A stretch of 55,800 bases of DNA, filler included, from Platydemus manokwari (GCA_037951405.1; 5 parts of 5 records of this genome joined end to end with filler, not necessarily neighbours in it), one strand, 5' to 3'. Positions 27,526 through 43,846 are shown, numbered from the whole stretch's first letter. Numbers and translations are program-made. The notes: generated from the sequence alone by a model not told the origin.

Positions 27526-29074
27526 TTTTATCTACTACATTATTAGATACTTTCAAGATAGATGAAGTATTTGAGAGTTTATCGAAAATCGATGGTGCCA
27601 CATTGTTGGATGTTTTCAATATCAATAATTTCAACATTAAATTTAACAATGCTAGAATTGGTTTTAAATAAAGATTTGAGCAATTTTGCTGTACAGAATT
27701 AGGTTAGAAATTATTTACAATCTAATTTAAAAATTATTATTAGTCATTACTTGTTGAATGTTTTTTTCTTCAACTTCAAAATTCATTCGCCTATTCTATT
27801 TATACTATTCGAACTGTTAATTTTACAGAAATATCATTCTGTCATTTTTATGCATTAAAAATGACTCATATTTAGCTTAGCGTTAGAATTTATCTATATT
27901 AAATCATGTTCTCGATGACAAATTAACTTTCAGAATTCAATTCAAATAAAATTGATATTATCGATTATTTATTATAGATAAATATTTATATAATTAATGA
28001 ACAATCTCACAAGCCAATGAAGTACATAATCACTGTGTTAACTCAAATATGTGTTACAAGTATATTGAGAGTCGTTGGAATAATTGGAATAATAAGGAAC
28101 TGATTCGATTCCGACAATTTTGACATATACGCGGTTATTAATTTATTCATTTTAATAAATAGTTCATCTAAAAGAATTAATAAATATCATGATATTCATT
28201 AGTAACGATATAGTTTTACCTCGAATCCTATTTCATGATTATTTTTATTCCCATAATACATTAAGAATTTTCGAACTTCCTTTGAATTATATATGATTCA
28301 CAGTTGATCAGATTACTGGGAGGAAAACAAAAATGGTAATTCACAGGCTATCTCTACAATGAAACCACCAACAGTAGCCATTAATGATGTTGAAATAAAA
28401 TCGAAAATAACATGGTTCGGAGAAAAATCATTTATTGAAATTTTACCTTAATCAAATATTACTTTTAAATTTGAATGATCTGTAAGTAATATGAATTGAT
28501 TTGTAAAATAAGATATTATTTTCAAATATTATTTTCTGTGAATGCTCCTTTTCGACAGAGACGGTGCGGAAATCGTCACAGAATTATGAATAATAATGAT
28601 AAATAAATATCAGATCAATATTATTTTAATATTACCGACATGCAATAAATCTGTCCGTTATTAATTTATATCATTTCAACGGTTATTTCTTTGAATTAAA
28701 GACTGGGATCATATCTGATATCCATTTCACCGTTTATCTCAAATGGATAATTAGTTGAGAATATGATTTTTTCAGAATATGTTTCCATTTTATTGTGCCG
28801 AGACGTAATAATAAATTATAAGCATTTACAAGTAGAATAGGGTGACATTGGGTTCTGATATTTAATGTTAGATGATTAAGAGGTCGTTTTAACTCAAAAA
28901 AGGAGTTTTATACAGTTTAGAATTGATTAAAGCAGTGATATTCATACTTTTTGTGTTGAGTCCAAATTTTTTCGAGACCATAAGGGACTCAAATAAAAAT
29001 TATTAAGTAATTTTGTTTATTGAAAAAATATTTTTTTAACACCAAAAATTTAAAATATATTTAATAATAACAAC

Positions 29075-29235
29075 GATTTTGCATATTCTGGGCATAAAAC
29101 ATCAAATCTTGGCTCTATTTCTGTGATGGCTGGTCTCAGTACTAATTCCAGATTTTTAAAATTCGATCGATATTTTATCTTAATATAGGTCATTGTCGAA
29201 AATGAAATTTCCCGCCGTCCCATTTTGAAGAACAC
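29075..29235 (-). mobile_element. hAT (Buster/Charlie-like) transposase C-terminal dimerisation remnant
   Basis: EISFSTMTYIKIKYRSN...LELVLRPAITEIEPRFDVLC matches the hATC pattern E.GFS....IK.KYR..L....LR.A.....P.F..L. Confidence 0.7.
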
Positions 29236-32200
29236 TGGATTAAAGGAAAATATAACTAATTCGGTTTAATAATATATTTGATGATCAAAATTACAAATGA
29301 GATATTGCGCAATAACTGCTAGAGACAGGCTAGAAAATAGCTGACCATTCGAAATGTTTTTGATTTATTTGATTTAGTTTTTTTTAGAAATTCATGATTT
29401 TTCATTTTATCAGTCGTAAGAAGCATCTATTTACTCCATTTAAATTTTGATATTCGATATAATTGTAGTCATTGAAAAGTTTATGCTAAATATTTACTAT
29501 TAGAAACATTTTGAAAACAATCAATACATTTCCAATAGAAATTCATTATGAAAATATTTAAATTATTCGAAAATTATTTCATTTTAAATTGTCAAATAAT
29601 TCATTAATTATTTTCGGCTTAATTTAAGAAAAAGGGTCCTTTTGACCTCATTTTAAAGGAATGACTTTTCGTGAGTTATTTGATATTAAAATTTATTTTT
29701 AATCATATTTTAATGAATTTTTTACATTAAATTCAATTTTATATTAAAAACCAAAAATCAACTCTAACAATCAAATACCATGTCTTCGATGCCCGCTACT
29801 ATATTTGTCACTTTCAAAACATTTCTCATTAATTTCTACGACGATATGTAGGCCTGCAATTATAATTATATGTCATGATACTTCTTCATTGGCAAGGAAT
29901 CTAAAAATATATTATTTCAATAAATAAATTTAATATGTTGGTTTTATTTTAATAAAAATTGATTATTAGTTTACTAATGGATATCATTTTGTAAATATTT
30001 TTTTATGTGAGCCCCGTGCACCAAAAATACTTTATTCAGAGTGTCTGAAAGGAACAAGGCTAAATTATTGAACCAAGTCCCTATTTGAATTCCGAAACTT
30101 CTTATATATTTGTGGGATCTTCACCTATACGATTTATTCATTGAATTCATTCACTTCATTACAACATCGACAGGTTTGGGATCTATGTATCCAATCTATC
30201 AAATAGATGTTAATATACTTACTTTTAGAGAAAGCTCAAGTACCTTGTTCCTGGCACTCATCAATAATTTCGAAGTCACTTTCTTATAAAATAACTCTAA
30301 AAATCTTAGATATCATTCTGATTGCTTCTAATGTTAAAAGAAAATGTTCTGGCTAATTTTCAATAGATTGCATTTTGACCTACTTTGACTCGTTTTTCAA
30401 ATAATCATTTTTTAGAAGATTTTAAAAACCCCGTGTATATATTATTTGATTCTAAATAACTAAAGTTTTACTCAAGTACTTAAATAAAAAATTCAAAATG
30501 TTATTAAAAAATTTAATTAAATAATCTATATAGATTTTTGCATTACACTCCACAATTTTAAAATTTTATTTTAGGACCTTTTTTAAATTTAGCCAATTTT
30601 TTATTTAAAAATTCATTTAAAAATTAAAATATTGTTTATAAAATTATTCATTTTTAAAATTATGATAAAAAAATGTTCCTTTTGAATTGTTAATCTTCCT
30701 CACACAAATAATGAATGTAATGTATTATTTCAGCAATCAATATTAAGTTGTCCACAATTCCATTCATGAACTCCATTTCTTAGATTATTGTAAAATTTCA
30801 TTTCATCGATTTATCATTCAAACTCCTGATTATTAGTTGAAATTAGCAACTTTTTAAAAATCAATTCAGAATTTTAATAGACATTTTTCGGTATATTTTT
30901 ATATTTTCTTTATATTTTACATTCCAAAGTTCCGTTTCCAGATCTTAGGAAAATTCATAATTTGAAGAGTTAAATTTTATTTAGTGTTTCAATCTTTTAT
31001 TTACCTTTTACATTTCATGAATTCATAGGGTTAACGTCAGTCTTTTATTTATTACAGATTTCAATCAATATTTTTATATGATAGATTAAAGAAATCAATT
31101 CTCTCTTATTCATATCAGATTCCACTTTCTTTTCTTTGATTAACTTTTTCACCTTAGATCTTCTCAGATGTATTTTTTTTAGTGTTTTTAACTGAGTTTT
31201 TTATTTAATTTGATTGGCTGTGCATCATGGCGTTTTTTTCAAATTCATTTCCCAACAGTTATTAGCATGATATTATCCCCAGTATATATTTTAGTGGTAT
31301 ATCTAGTAATCCTTTCGTGTTATCAGTATTAAAAATTAAAACAAATCAACCTCATGCCGTGGACGTTCTTTGGTTCCCGATTAGCTTCGTTTTATTCTTG
31401 CTTAGTATGCGTACGAGGGATATCCTAATAGGATTGTGAAGTTACTCTATAAGCGAATAATATAATGGTGATTTCGTTACCTTTCTGTCAGCGATAAGTA
31501 AAAAAAGTCCAATAAACTGATCTATTCGAAGAACTACTTACTGGACTCGTCAAAAATTAAATTTCTAAAATCATATTCAGAATATTTCCACTAAAATCAT
31601 AATACCAAGACAATAGCTATAATTTAATTCTAGTTTCTTCCTGCTAACATTAATCGGTGTTCTTTCAAAAAGAACTATAAGTGAAAAATTTAAAAATATT
31701 AGCTAGTATCACTAAAAATAATCAGCGATTTATGAACTCACTCAGAACAAGTTTTATGAAATCTTCTCTGATCGAAAACACAACTTTGATTTATAAAATT
31801 GAGATTCATAAGTCAAATTCAACACATCAATGCAGGATTTCACAATTTGATAAGAGATTTTTACAATCAAATTTTGAGTTCTTCATTTATTTTGATATTT
31901 ATCTTATGATCTTAATGAATATAATTCTAAGGAGAAGATTCTAATACTTCGTAGAAAGGAGAATTTACTCTTTCAGTGTCTCGAAATCTTCGATTTTTAC
32001 TCATTGTGCATTTACATAAAATTTTTGTAACTTCCTGGCTGTATATCGATTATTATTATTTTTATCATAATTATTACTCTTGGCATCTTTTAGCAATGTC
32101 TGAGAGTTCCAAAGACCCACTGGTTAGCCTAATGTTATGTTGTTCTTTCACCTCAATCAACTCTTATATGCAGATGGGATGAGCGACTCTGAACACTGGT

Positions 32201-32530
32201 TTATTAAATTTAAAAAATATTGATCCTGAGTTGGCACAACTGGACCTTGATAAAAAGTAATTAAATGGTTCTGATGGTGATTACATTTACTAGAATTATT
32301 TGAGACCTTATGGCACCTATCAATTGGGATATTAAAATATTATTATTATGTTCCGAATACACTTTTATTGTTATGACACCATAATTCATATTTGGAGAAT
32401 GTTGCTGTTTGCTGAATTAAATGAAATACGATTTTATTTTTCTGATTTGAATGATATTCCAAATTTATGATGGTCATATTTTTAGTTGTTAAGTATTCAC
32501 TGGCTACTCTGCTATATTTATTATTATTTG

Positions 32531-32531
<1 letters not shown>

Positions 32532-32603
<72 letters not shown>
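32532..32603. repeat. (TTA)n microsatellite ending a contig
   Basis: Direct reading. Confidence 0.95.
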
Positions 32604-32703
32604 NNNNNNNNNNNNNNNNNNNNNNNNNNNNNNNNNNNNNNNNNNNNTTAATTAATTAANNNNNNNNNNNNNNNNNNNNNNNNNNNNNNNNNNNNNNNNN
32701 NNN
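32604..32703. other. Artificial contig linker
   Basis: Same 100-nt structure. Confidence 0.97.
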
Positions 32704-32746
32704 AAATATTATTTTTAGATTAGCCAATCAAAATAATTCCCATTTC

Positions 32747-32749
<3 letters not shown>

Positions 32750-32812
<63 letters not shown>
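32750..32812. repeat. (TTA)n microsatellite
   Basis: Direct reading. Confidence 0.95.
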
Positions 32813-32814
<2 letters not shown>

Positions 32815-35800
32815 TGAATATATAGAATTAAACACAACCAATTATCATCAAATTATAAGTGCCACCATTCGTGATAATGCTAATTAGTTGCAGTTGTTGG
32901 CTTTGGCTAGCTCTAACATATTTATCAAACTTATGTAATTGAATAATTTTCTATATTTGTAATAACAGATGAAGTCATCATTAATTTTGTGATAGAAACC
33001 CATATTCGATTATATAATATTGGTTTTATAAATTTTGCTCTTCAACGTCCAAGAGAAATATGATTATTTGAGTTGTATTTATCCTCACAGTTTTCGTTAG
33101 TCCTATATATATATATATATTCATTTGATCATTTCATTCAAAAAAACGTTTTATAATTTGAATAAAATATAAATCAAATCAATTTTTTGAATAAGTTCTG
33201 GAACGTCAAGAAATAATGGAGTGATAGCTAGAAATATTAACAATATGCATAAAACAATGTACAATTCGGCATTGGTTTCATCGTTGCCGTTGTGGAAATT
33301 TTGAATTTAATATGATTCTGGTGGTCGAATTAAGATAAAGATGAATCAACTGTTACTATCAGTGTTCATCTTAATTAGCAACAAGATCGATTGATAATAT
33401 TAAAATAAAATTTGAAGAAAATGAATATCATTATGAGTAGTAAGATAAAAGACTATAAATCACAGATTATTTATTGATCATTTATCAATATTTTGGCTCA
33501 TCCACTCGTCTGCACTATTAAGACTATCGTTGAACGGATGAGTATTATTGATGGTTATGTTATTCATATGAATTAGCAATCGCTGATTCTCTTGAATAGG
33601 GAAATATCAAAACTAGTTCTTCAAAGAGTTGCTAAATGTGAAGAAAGGTTGATCAGATATAATGATAGAAAACCTTAAACAGAGCTGCTTAACACATGAA
33701 CCATGTTCAAAGCCAGATATATTTATCAAATGAAAATAATTGTCACTGTTCAATAGTGATTTGTGTGTGATATCAATTTTGCATTTAAAATCTTTAATTT
33801 CCCATGAGCATAATCAAGGGAAATATTTGATTGGTATTAGTGAAAATGACTTTCTTCATATTAACTTGTCATTTAGAATGTGATATTTAAATTTTGCTTT
33901 TTCGCTAATTAGTAGAAAGCACTTCTTTTGGAGAACCATGAAAGAATTATGCTAATTTAGAGCGGTACAAGTAGCTAGATTTAGAATTGAGTTTCTTATT
34001 GGTTTGTGATCAATGTTTCAAAATCGTCGAATCTCAAATTAATCAGTTTATATATATATTCGAAATAATCGATTTTTAAATATTATTTATGAGATTAGAT
34101 CAATTTTTACCATGGTGATTAGGTAGAAAATACAATTTCACTAGTTTAAAATTCAACTGTGCCTACACTACAACAGGAAATGCAGTTCTATTTTAATAAA
34201 ATTCCTCTTATTCTGCTAATACGATTGTCAATCTCGAACTGTTTTTTTTATTAAAATCAAGTTTTGTTTCCAATTGAGTCTATCCAGTGTTTATAATTAA
34301 CTCTTATCCTAGTTGCAAATTGAAGTACTAATTAGATTGTAGTTGAAGAGAGCTTATCATTAAATACTGAGATATACGTGTCATAGTTGGTAAGCATTGC
34401 GATTGAATATTGTAGTGATAAAAAGGCGAACAAATAAGCTTTCATTTATTTGTCAATTCATGTCTTAGCATTATCGTAGTTTTTAGATTTTTCTATTGCC
34501 AATATATAATATTTATTTATTCAACGCTAGTTAACTGGAGAAATATAATATTAATTTTTTTAAGAAGAGAAATTTAAATATGTCCTTGTTACTTAGTGAT
34601 ATGTAAATATCATTGTAATTGTTAAAGTTGTTTTGTATGCTGTTTGTTACTCTGGGGAAATATCTACTTAGCTGCTTATTTTTAAACAAGACAAAGATAT
34701 AATTTACAATTTTCTTGTTGTGAGGTTTGGAAACCTGTATAGAAATCTGTTATTCCATTGACATTCGATGCCGGATCATTTGTAGAAGCGAAACTTTCAA
34801 ATTGTTCAGATATGTTTTTCGATTAATAGTTTGAGATCGCATATTTTTTAACTCAGAATCTTACGATACTTTTTTTAATACTTTCACTTTTGTTATTATC
34901 TTTATATCTCGGATAATTTTTCTTGGATTATTGCTAGTAATTAGTTGAGAACTCCAAGCTCCTTGATATTCCGACGAATAGAAAACCATTTTTCTTATAA
35001 AACTGATGAATACGCCTTGTAAAATGAAAGAATTTTGTCCATTAATTTGGTTGATAATCGAGAATTTTATTGGAGTTATATGAAAACTGGTGTAGATTGG
35101 TGAATATTGTCAATTTAAACAAATAGTCAGGCATGAATATCGGCTTTTTGAATCAGGTTTTTGAATAAAATTTTTAATGAAATTTAATTGTGAAAGCCGG
35201 AAAAATATTCCAATTGTAAATAAAGCCATATAAATATTTCATTGGTTTCATTTTCATTTATTGTGTTGCAAACAATCGATGTATTAAAGAGATAGGGTTT
35301 TCCTTAATTCGATTTAATTAGCAGAATATTCCTATTGGCAATCGAGATTATAATTGAATTGTACCTTATTATAATTGTACCTATTTTTTTGGTCGAATTT
35401 TGTTTTCTTTGTGCTGATTTTTCAAGATTTTTGTTTTTATTAATGTTGTCTGTATTATTGATTTTTTGTTAACTTGATATTGGAATATTGCTTAGTGTTT
35501 TTTTCGAGGAAAATTTGTGGAGATTTTATTTACAACAAATTTATTATTATATTTTATAAAATCAATAATTATAATTTTTATAAAATTATAATCATTAGGA
35601 CAGATCGATTGAATGGAATTTTCGACGATAAGAAACTCAAAATATTATAAATAATTAATCACTTTTTTCAATATCAATTTTTATATTTTTAACTATTTAA
35701 TATTGTTGAAACATTTTCCTAATATTTAGTGATGACAACTTTTCAATTAAAAGCTTTTCAAATTTTCTGATGTATAAACAAAAATGACATTTTGCTGACA

Positions 35801-37382
35801 TCCTTTCTGAAGAGTTTATACTGCACTATGAAAATAATTCTCTAATTTGACTCACAACTTGATAGTTTATCAATTACCTTGAAAATAGATCAAGCTAAAC
35901 ATATTGATGATACGACATTATAGAAAGTTTATTGTTGAATATAGATTTGGTATCGGGCAACCTGTTCAAATCAATCTCCACTTTTTATAGTGATTTTTTA
36001 TTTTCAATCTTTTTGTGTTATCTATTTTGAAAATGAAATGTGTGTAATAAACGAACTTCCATTTGACTGTCTTTTAAATAAAATAAAATTCGGTAAAAAG
36101 TAGTATTTCGGAATAATAAAAATAATAAATAAAATTATAAATTTATATCATTAAATAGGTGGAACTTTTTTATCAAGTTTTTTTATTGTCTCAAAACTTT
36201 ATAAAAATCATAATAAAATTTCTCTGCTAAGAATTTCCTGATATCATTTTCTAACGTTTCTCGAACGCTTTTATGTCTTTAATATAATTATTTTCAAATG
36301 TGTATATACGCAGGGTGACCCACAGCTAGCTTACAACATCAGCAGCATATTCTGAAGTATGAAGAGATAAATTTCACCGTTGACAATAATCCTGAAGGAA
36401 TAGGGCTCAGTAACTACTTGTGCCGAAATGTCCGTCTGCGTTTATTCACGAATTTCGTATGAAGATGATTTTAGACAATTTTTAGAGAACTAAACACAGA
36501 TGTGATGACTGACTAATCCATTAATATAGATCATGGCTTTATCTGTGAGTTGGTGAGTTTCACAGAAGTTTAGTCATCGACTAGTGTCATCCTTATTAAG
36601 CTCTTGAAGTTTCTTGAATGCCACAGAATCAGAAATTGAACCAATTTTATTGTCATGGTTGTCACCGTGTGGTATTTTGTTAACGCTTCCAGTTTATTTA
36701 AATCTCTCAATTAAATAAAGATTTAATTTAATAAAAACTGTTTAGTCATTAGTCGTGATTTGATTGAAATGGAATGTGTGCACATTAATCAAATAAACAA
36801 TAATTTAAATGATTTGAATTTCTTAAGTAAGTAGTATTTATTGCGATACAATGAATGCTCATTTTAAATATTCAATGAATTCCTGCAGATTTTTCTTTTG
36901 TAGGTGTTCGATTAGGAATACTTTCTCTATATATAATATACATGCGTATGAAAATGAGTTTCTCGTCATTAATGTTTTTTTATATTGTAGTTACAATCAA
37001 ATAATGGTCTATATTTAAATTTTTATAATATCAGAGTCTCTAAATGTCTAAAGTTCATATAAACGTCATAATTTTATGAAATAGGAATTACATACTAATA
37101 TATTTGTTGTATAATTATTAATATAATTATTTATTATGTCATATATTATATAATCGAAATAATAAATTATCTAGTTTTGCAAGTTTAAAGTTTATTTGTT
37201 AAGACATTCTCTGGATTTATAAGAGATTTTTTATTGTATCTATTTAGTTGATAGCTTTCATAATTTCTTATGTAAAAAGATCCGCCAACTAATGTTTTTG
37301 TTTCCTTATATTATTTGATTTTCCTTATAAATTCAATTCTACGCGTCTTGATAATGTTAATAATCAAATGTACCCTATTAAG

Positions 37383-38485
<1,103 letters not shown>

Positions 38486-38494
38486 TTTCAAATG

Positions 38495-38500
38495 AATAAA
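38495..38500 (+). promoter_or_regulatory. Candidate polyadenylation signal of the mannosidase gene
   Basis: AATAAA 10 nt after the stop codon, followed by GT-rich sequence. AATAAA is common by chance in this DNA. Confidence 0.35.
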
Positions 38501-39449
38501 GGAGAATGAAAATAATTTTTTGAAACCACTTGTTATTGTTTTGTGTAATAAGATGTTGAAATTGAATTGGTGATTTATTTTGTATTATTTTGTGTGTGGT
38601 TAAAGATTTTTGGTATATTAAAATGGAATAATAAAAGTCTTGTAAATTAATCGACTGTAAAATATTATATTAGTTTATTATAATGTTATTGGAGATTGTC
38701 ATCGGAAATTTCACTATATTTTTATATTGTAATATATTTATATTAAAATCATTTTCACAATCGTTTTATTATGACGAGTAAATCTGTACTTTATTTCAAT
38801 TGGTTTACTAATCACATGTACCGCTTATTTTATGTGATGTCCTAACTCGGCATCGTTTGGAATGATTAATTGCGACATATAATTACGAAGATCAAAGGTT
38901 CATTAAAAACGAAATTTTTGCAATTAAATTGTAAATGCATTTTTGATTTATATTTATGAATATAGAAAATGTTTCATTTTTAATACGTCTAAATTATAAT
39001 ATCTCAATATGATTAAAAACATTTATCGTGATGAAAAGTTTGTTTTTTTTGAAAAATAAATTATCTATAATAATTAACAAAGTAATGAAATATAATGAAG
39101 AGCTCGAATGGAATCATACCGATAAGGCATTTAATAATTATTTTGTATTATTTATGATTGTTTAAATAAATAGATATGCATAATGTAACTTTAAAAGTAA
39201 TTGTCGACTTGGTTTTATAAGAATAAATTATTATAAAGTATGTTTGACTCAAGTGCACTACGCGAAGATTTGAAATATTTTAAGCTATTGAAGATTGTGT
39301 AATCTAACTAAACTCATTCAAACGAGATTATTAATAATAATAAAAAATTAAACTTAGAATTGCGATATTCAACGAATCGAATTAAAATTGAATATATCAT
39401 GTTTTTCCAATTGGTCAATGTTTTAGAAATTTTTTTGTCATCTAATAAT

Positions 39450-41760
39450 AAAGATAATTTCAATGAGTATTCCATGCAAGGTGACTAGCCTAATTGTGGA
39501 CTCAATTTCAGGAGAATCTCCAACAAGTAATGTTCCAAATTCTTTAAAGTAACTACCATAGAACATCTTAAACTTACTCGACAAAGAAGATAACTCTAGT
39601 GATTAGACATTATTGTCCAGTACTATCAAAAAGTTTACTTGTCTTACAATGCTCCCAATTCAAGGAGAAATCCTAACCAGGGATCTCAACCCCTCGTCCC
39701 AGTAATGACGAAGTGGTACTCTGAATGAATGCAAACATGATTAACTGGTTGCCAAAGTTTTCGAGAAATAATTATCGAATCACCATATTGAAAATACCAA
39801 TGGATACTCCTACATAAAAACAGATGATACTACGCAAATACAAGACCGTCCTATCCAAACGTTGCTAAATTTACAAAATGGGAATATGGGGATAGCAAAA
39901 GGACTACAATCATACGGAGTTCAAGAGATAACAGGAATAACTTAAATTTAAACAAGAAACCAAATCTCATTACTCTCGATGATAAAGGTTTCCAAACAAT
40001 AGGGGGAAGACACGAGGAAACTTCAGAGCGGGTTCTCGCATGCAGGTTTTACACTTCGGTTTAAATTAAAAAAAAATCAATGCAAAATCATAACCTACTG
40101 ACCCTTCAAGAAAATGGGAAAAAATTATTGGCATTTCAAAGATAAATAGACACCCTTATCTCTGTTACTATTAACTCCGACAAATCATTGTTTGTTAACA
40201 TTGACATCTCAAAACAACTCTAGATTAATTCAGAAAAATTTTTGGAGAAATGGAAAAAGAGAGAAGAATGAAGTAAACAAACGTGAAAACAAGTGCGGAG
40301 GGTACCAACTATAACTATTATAATAAAAAGATATCCTTCGGGCAACTAGTACTTTGGATAATGATAAAAGAAGTAACCTGGATAATCAAAACTCATGTAG
40401 TATGTTTGATCTTGGTAGTAGCAACTTTTGGTTAAACAAAGTTAAGGAAACTCAAAACTTCACGATTCCTTGATACAAACAATTGATTGTCAGATGATCT
40501 CGATATGTCAACACAAATCAACTGAACAGAGATATCCTTAACCTAAATACGACCAAGACTAGAATACAAACTAAAGAGTGAAACTTCGAATGATTAGCTC
40601 AGCTGCTCAAACAGAAATTTTTATCATGGTTCTGGACAGTTCGATAAGTGAACTTCAGTTATATTTCACTGAAACTCATTCGAATGAATACAGCAACAAC
40701 TCCAGGATTGACATTGCAAAAGTGTTGGATAAGTTTTACAGTCCTTCCATAGTATATAATAGATCCAACATTCTTCATTTCATCAAAAAATTTGAATTAG
40801 AAAATGAAAATAAAAGAAAACCTGATAACAAAATATACCAGAAAGAAAAATAAGCAAAGTGATTCAAATAAGGAAGAAATACCGAGCCAAAGATTAAAGA
40901 TGTCTTATTCTCGATAAATCAAAAAACATTCTAAGATAAGAAAACATGCTGAGCTTAAAGAATAAAAAAGGTATACCGGGACCCTAAACAAGAAGAGATC
41001 CTTGTCAACCATCACTGGCTTAAGGTTGTTAGATAGTGAAGGGTCCACAGCTTTATAAACCCAATGGTCATCCAGGTATCAGATTGTTAAACATGTATCA
41101 ACACATATTAAGTTAAATGACTGCCTGTTCATCAGTTACTATATTACAGAATTAATTACAAATGGAGCCAATCTCAGTGAATTAGATATCAACCATATGA
41201 GCCTCAATCGTATAAAACGATTCTTGATCCAATTAAACTACAAAACCAACATTGGATGCTAATATAGGCCACCCAATTTTAGGGAAGCATATGTGGCCCA
41301 CTGACTTGTCACGATCTTATATGAAGCTAAAACCAAAGAAACGGGAATATGTAACACACTGAAGTACTAAAATGTTCTTTGGTATAATTTAAAGATAAAA
41401 ATAAACTTCTACAATAAGAAATAATAACAATTGGCACATTGATTTGTGACTACATTTATTGGATCACCAGTAACTAATCTTGCATAGGAATAGACGTCAG
41501 TATCATCAGAAGAAAATGTAAACAAAACATTCCACAAGATTCGATTAACCGCTTAACTGGGATGGAACCGCTCATTGCAGAAAATCAGGATGACAATACC
41601 TTTTTCACAGAAAATCACATGATAGCCACCCGTAAAAGATAATTATAATGTCGAAAAATTCTAGTACTCAATCTTTTTATTGGCGGAGCTTTCAGATTCA
41701 AGTAGGTTGAAAACATTCTGGAATTCCTGTCGTTCCAGTACTTCAAAAATAAGGAAATGA
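39450..41760 (+). mobile_element. Heavily decayed Ty3/Gypsy pol
   Basis: Degenerate motifs in Gypsy order: protease-like LIVDSISGES (~39490), RT-like LDDKGFQTI (~39975), RNase H-like DKSLFVNIDISK (~40180), then integrase-like remnants. Many stops and frameshifts. Confidence 0.5.
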
Positions 41761-41959
41761 GTCTTCGTACATTTTTAATAATAAATAATTTAAATATTTT
41801 AATTTTAATATATTAATATTTATACTTCTGATTAGGTTTAACAATAGTTGAAGGTCCCTCGAAAATATTTTAATTTGTTTTAAAAAGGTTAATTTGTTTT
41901 GAATATTAAATATTTCATAAAATTGTTCAATGAATAATTCTAATAAGTTTCAAAATTTA

Positions 41960-42570
41960 AACGAGGTAGATACTTCTAACACGGATGCTATCTGAGCAGA
42001 ATTGTCGTTGAAAAATACAGACGAGAAGACGATATCGTACAGTTTATCAAAAGCTGTAATTGATATTTAAATATTAACACGACCACCAAATCGATGAGGA
42101 ATCTGACCATAATTTCTTACTAAATCGCAATGTAATCGGTCAATACGAGGCAGTTTTAGACTTGATTAAGGATTAATAAAAATATATATAGCTCTGGATT
42201 GGATAAAAGCCCTTCAATAAATATCGTAATCCGAATGTGCAAAAGTGTTATCTGATAAGTGAACAAATATCAAGCGACATTATGTCGCATAAGACAACTA
42301 AAGAAGATCTTATCATACTCTTGGCAGTTCATTGCTCATGTGATGCAGAATTAAAGAAAGAAAAAATATACATTGACGTATGACCGAAGATTAAAACAGT
42401 GATTAAAAAGCTGGATCATGTTGGAGAAGTGAAGAATGTACTCATAAACCCAAGGAGTAGACAAGGGCACTAGAAACTAGAACTCGTTAAGAAATTCTAA
42501 TACTCCCAAAGTTGTAAAGGATTATTATTGTAATCAAATGGTCCACTTAACCAGAAATTGTCCAAATTCA
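41960..42570 (+). mobile_element. Decayed retrotransposon gag fragment
   Basis: Degenerate CCHC knuckle YYCNQMVHLTRNCP at ~42523-42564. Confidence 0.45.
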
Positions 42571-42597
42571 ATTAGGTGCATTAGATATAAATATATA

Positions 42598-42842
42598 TTA
42601 GGTGTATAACCTTAAAATTTCGGTTTTTTTTGAAAAATATTTATTTATTTAAAGTACATTTTGCATANNNNNNNNNNNNNNNNNNNNNNNNNNNNNNNNN
42701 NNNNNNNNNNNTTAATTAATTAANNNNNNNNNNNNNNNNNNNNNNNNNNNNNNNNNNNNNNNNNNNNGTTACTATGCAAAATGTACTTTAAATAAATAAA
42801 TATTTTTCAAAAAAAACCGAAATTTTAAGGTTATACACCTAA
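42598..42842. mobile_element. Mariner-type terminal inverted repeats (MITE ends) on both sides of an assembly linker
   Basis: 70-bp arm TTAGGTGTATAACCTTAAAATTTCGG...TTTGCATA (42598-42667) and its reverse complement (42773-42842), each flanked by TA. Confidence 0.75.
42668..42767. other. Artificial contig linker
   Basis: Same 100-nt structure. Confidence 0.97.
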
Positions 42843-43454
42843 TAGTATTTTGAATTTTTTATTTAAGTACTTCAGAAGAATTGAGTTATTTGAAATACAG
42901 TATTACATTATTAGAGCTTCAAAATCTCTTAAAATTTGATTATTTGAAAAACGGATAAAAGTAGGTCGAATTTCAATTTATTGACATTAGAAATAAATTG
43001 ATAGATATTTTAAATTGTTGCAATTATTTTATAAAAACAAGCAATGATATTATTAAACATGTCTATAGTTAACTAACTCTATTTAAAAAAATTTAATTTA
43101 AAAACTCAAATAATAATATAGTTGTGTAGTGATTAGAACAGGTTTTGTCACTATTAAACATCCGGAAAATTGAGATATCAACTGAATTATACGAATAACT
43201 CAAAGATTGCAATTATATAAAAAATTAAGTTATAAAATTATCAATTATTACGAAAGTAGGCCAAAGGACCCGTTTCTTAACTTAAACAAAAAATTGAATT
43301 GTTAAATAATTCCACAAGACTTTTAATATGTCGTGAGATTATATTTTGTCAATTTTATTATAAACATAATTAACTATAGAATTGAGTACAGATATAATTG
43401 CTTTTAATGTTACCTTACTGCTATATTTTATCGGCATTACTAGATGGTTTATCG

Positions 43455-43782
43455 TAGTGGTTCTCAACCCCGAGGTCGGCTAGCATTTTTAAAAGGGTCG
43501 CCGAATTATGGTAGGTGTGCAAACCATTGCTTGTGAAAAATCGTGTTTTATAATGTTGTTGAATAAACTACTTCTGTTCACAATTACCTTGACTACTACA
43601 GTTAAGTATTTTATAGGCAATGTTATTATCTGATAATCTTATTATTACAATTAATTCATTATTTGTTGTAAATCAATGAAATGTTGCAAATTGGTTTTAT
43701 TAAATATGATGAGTAATGACTTATTTTTAGTAATATTGATTTTCTTTGGGGTCGCCATAGAAAAAAGGCTTGGTAACCGCTG
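43455..43782. mobile_element. hAT (Charlie/Buster-type) MITE in the PCMT1 intron
   Basis: Ends TAGTGGTTCTCAA and TTGGTAACCGCTG (CAGTGGTTCTCAA-type TIR). 8-bp TSD GTTTATCG (43447-43454) versus GTTGATCG (43783-43790), 7 of 8 identical. Internal GGGTCGCC repeats. Confidence 0.8.
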
Positions 43783-43846
43783 GTTGATCGGGTTATATAA
43801 TCTATATCTATGACTAATGTATTATTAATCATTAATATTGATAAAG

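Noticed and set aside
32467-32655. Poly-tyrosine ORF
   Set aside because: Translation of a (TTA)n microsatellite running into the N linker.
33500-35560. Possible decayed non-LTR RT on the minus strand
   Set aside because: Only faint motif resemblance; too degraded to call.
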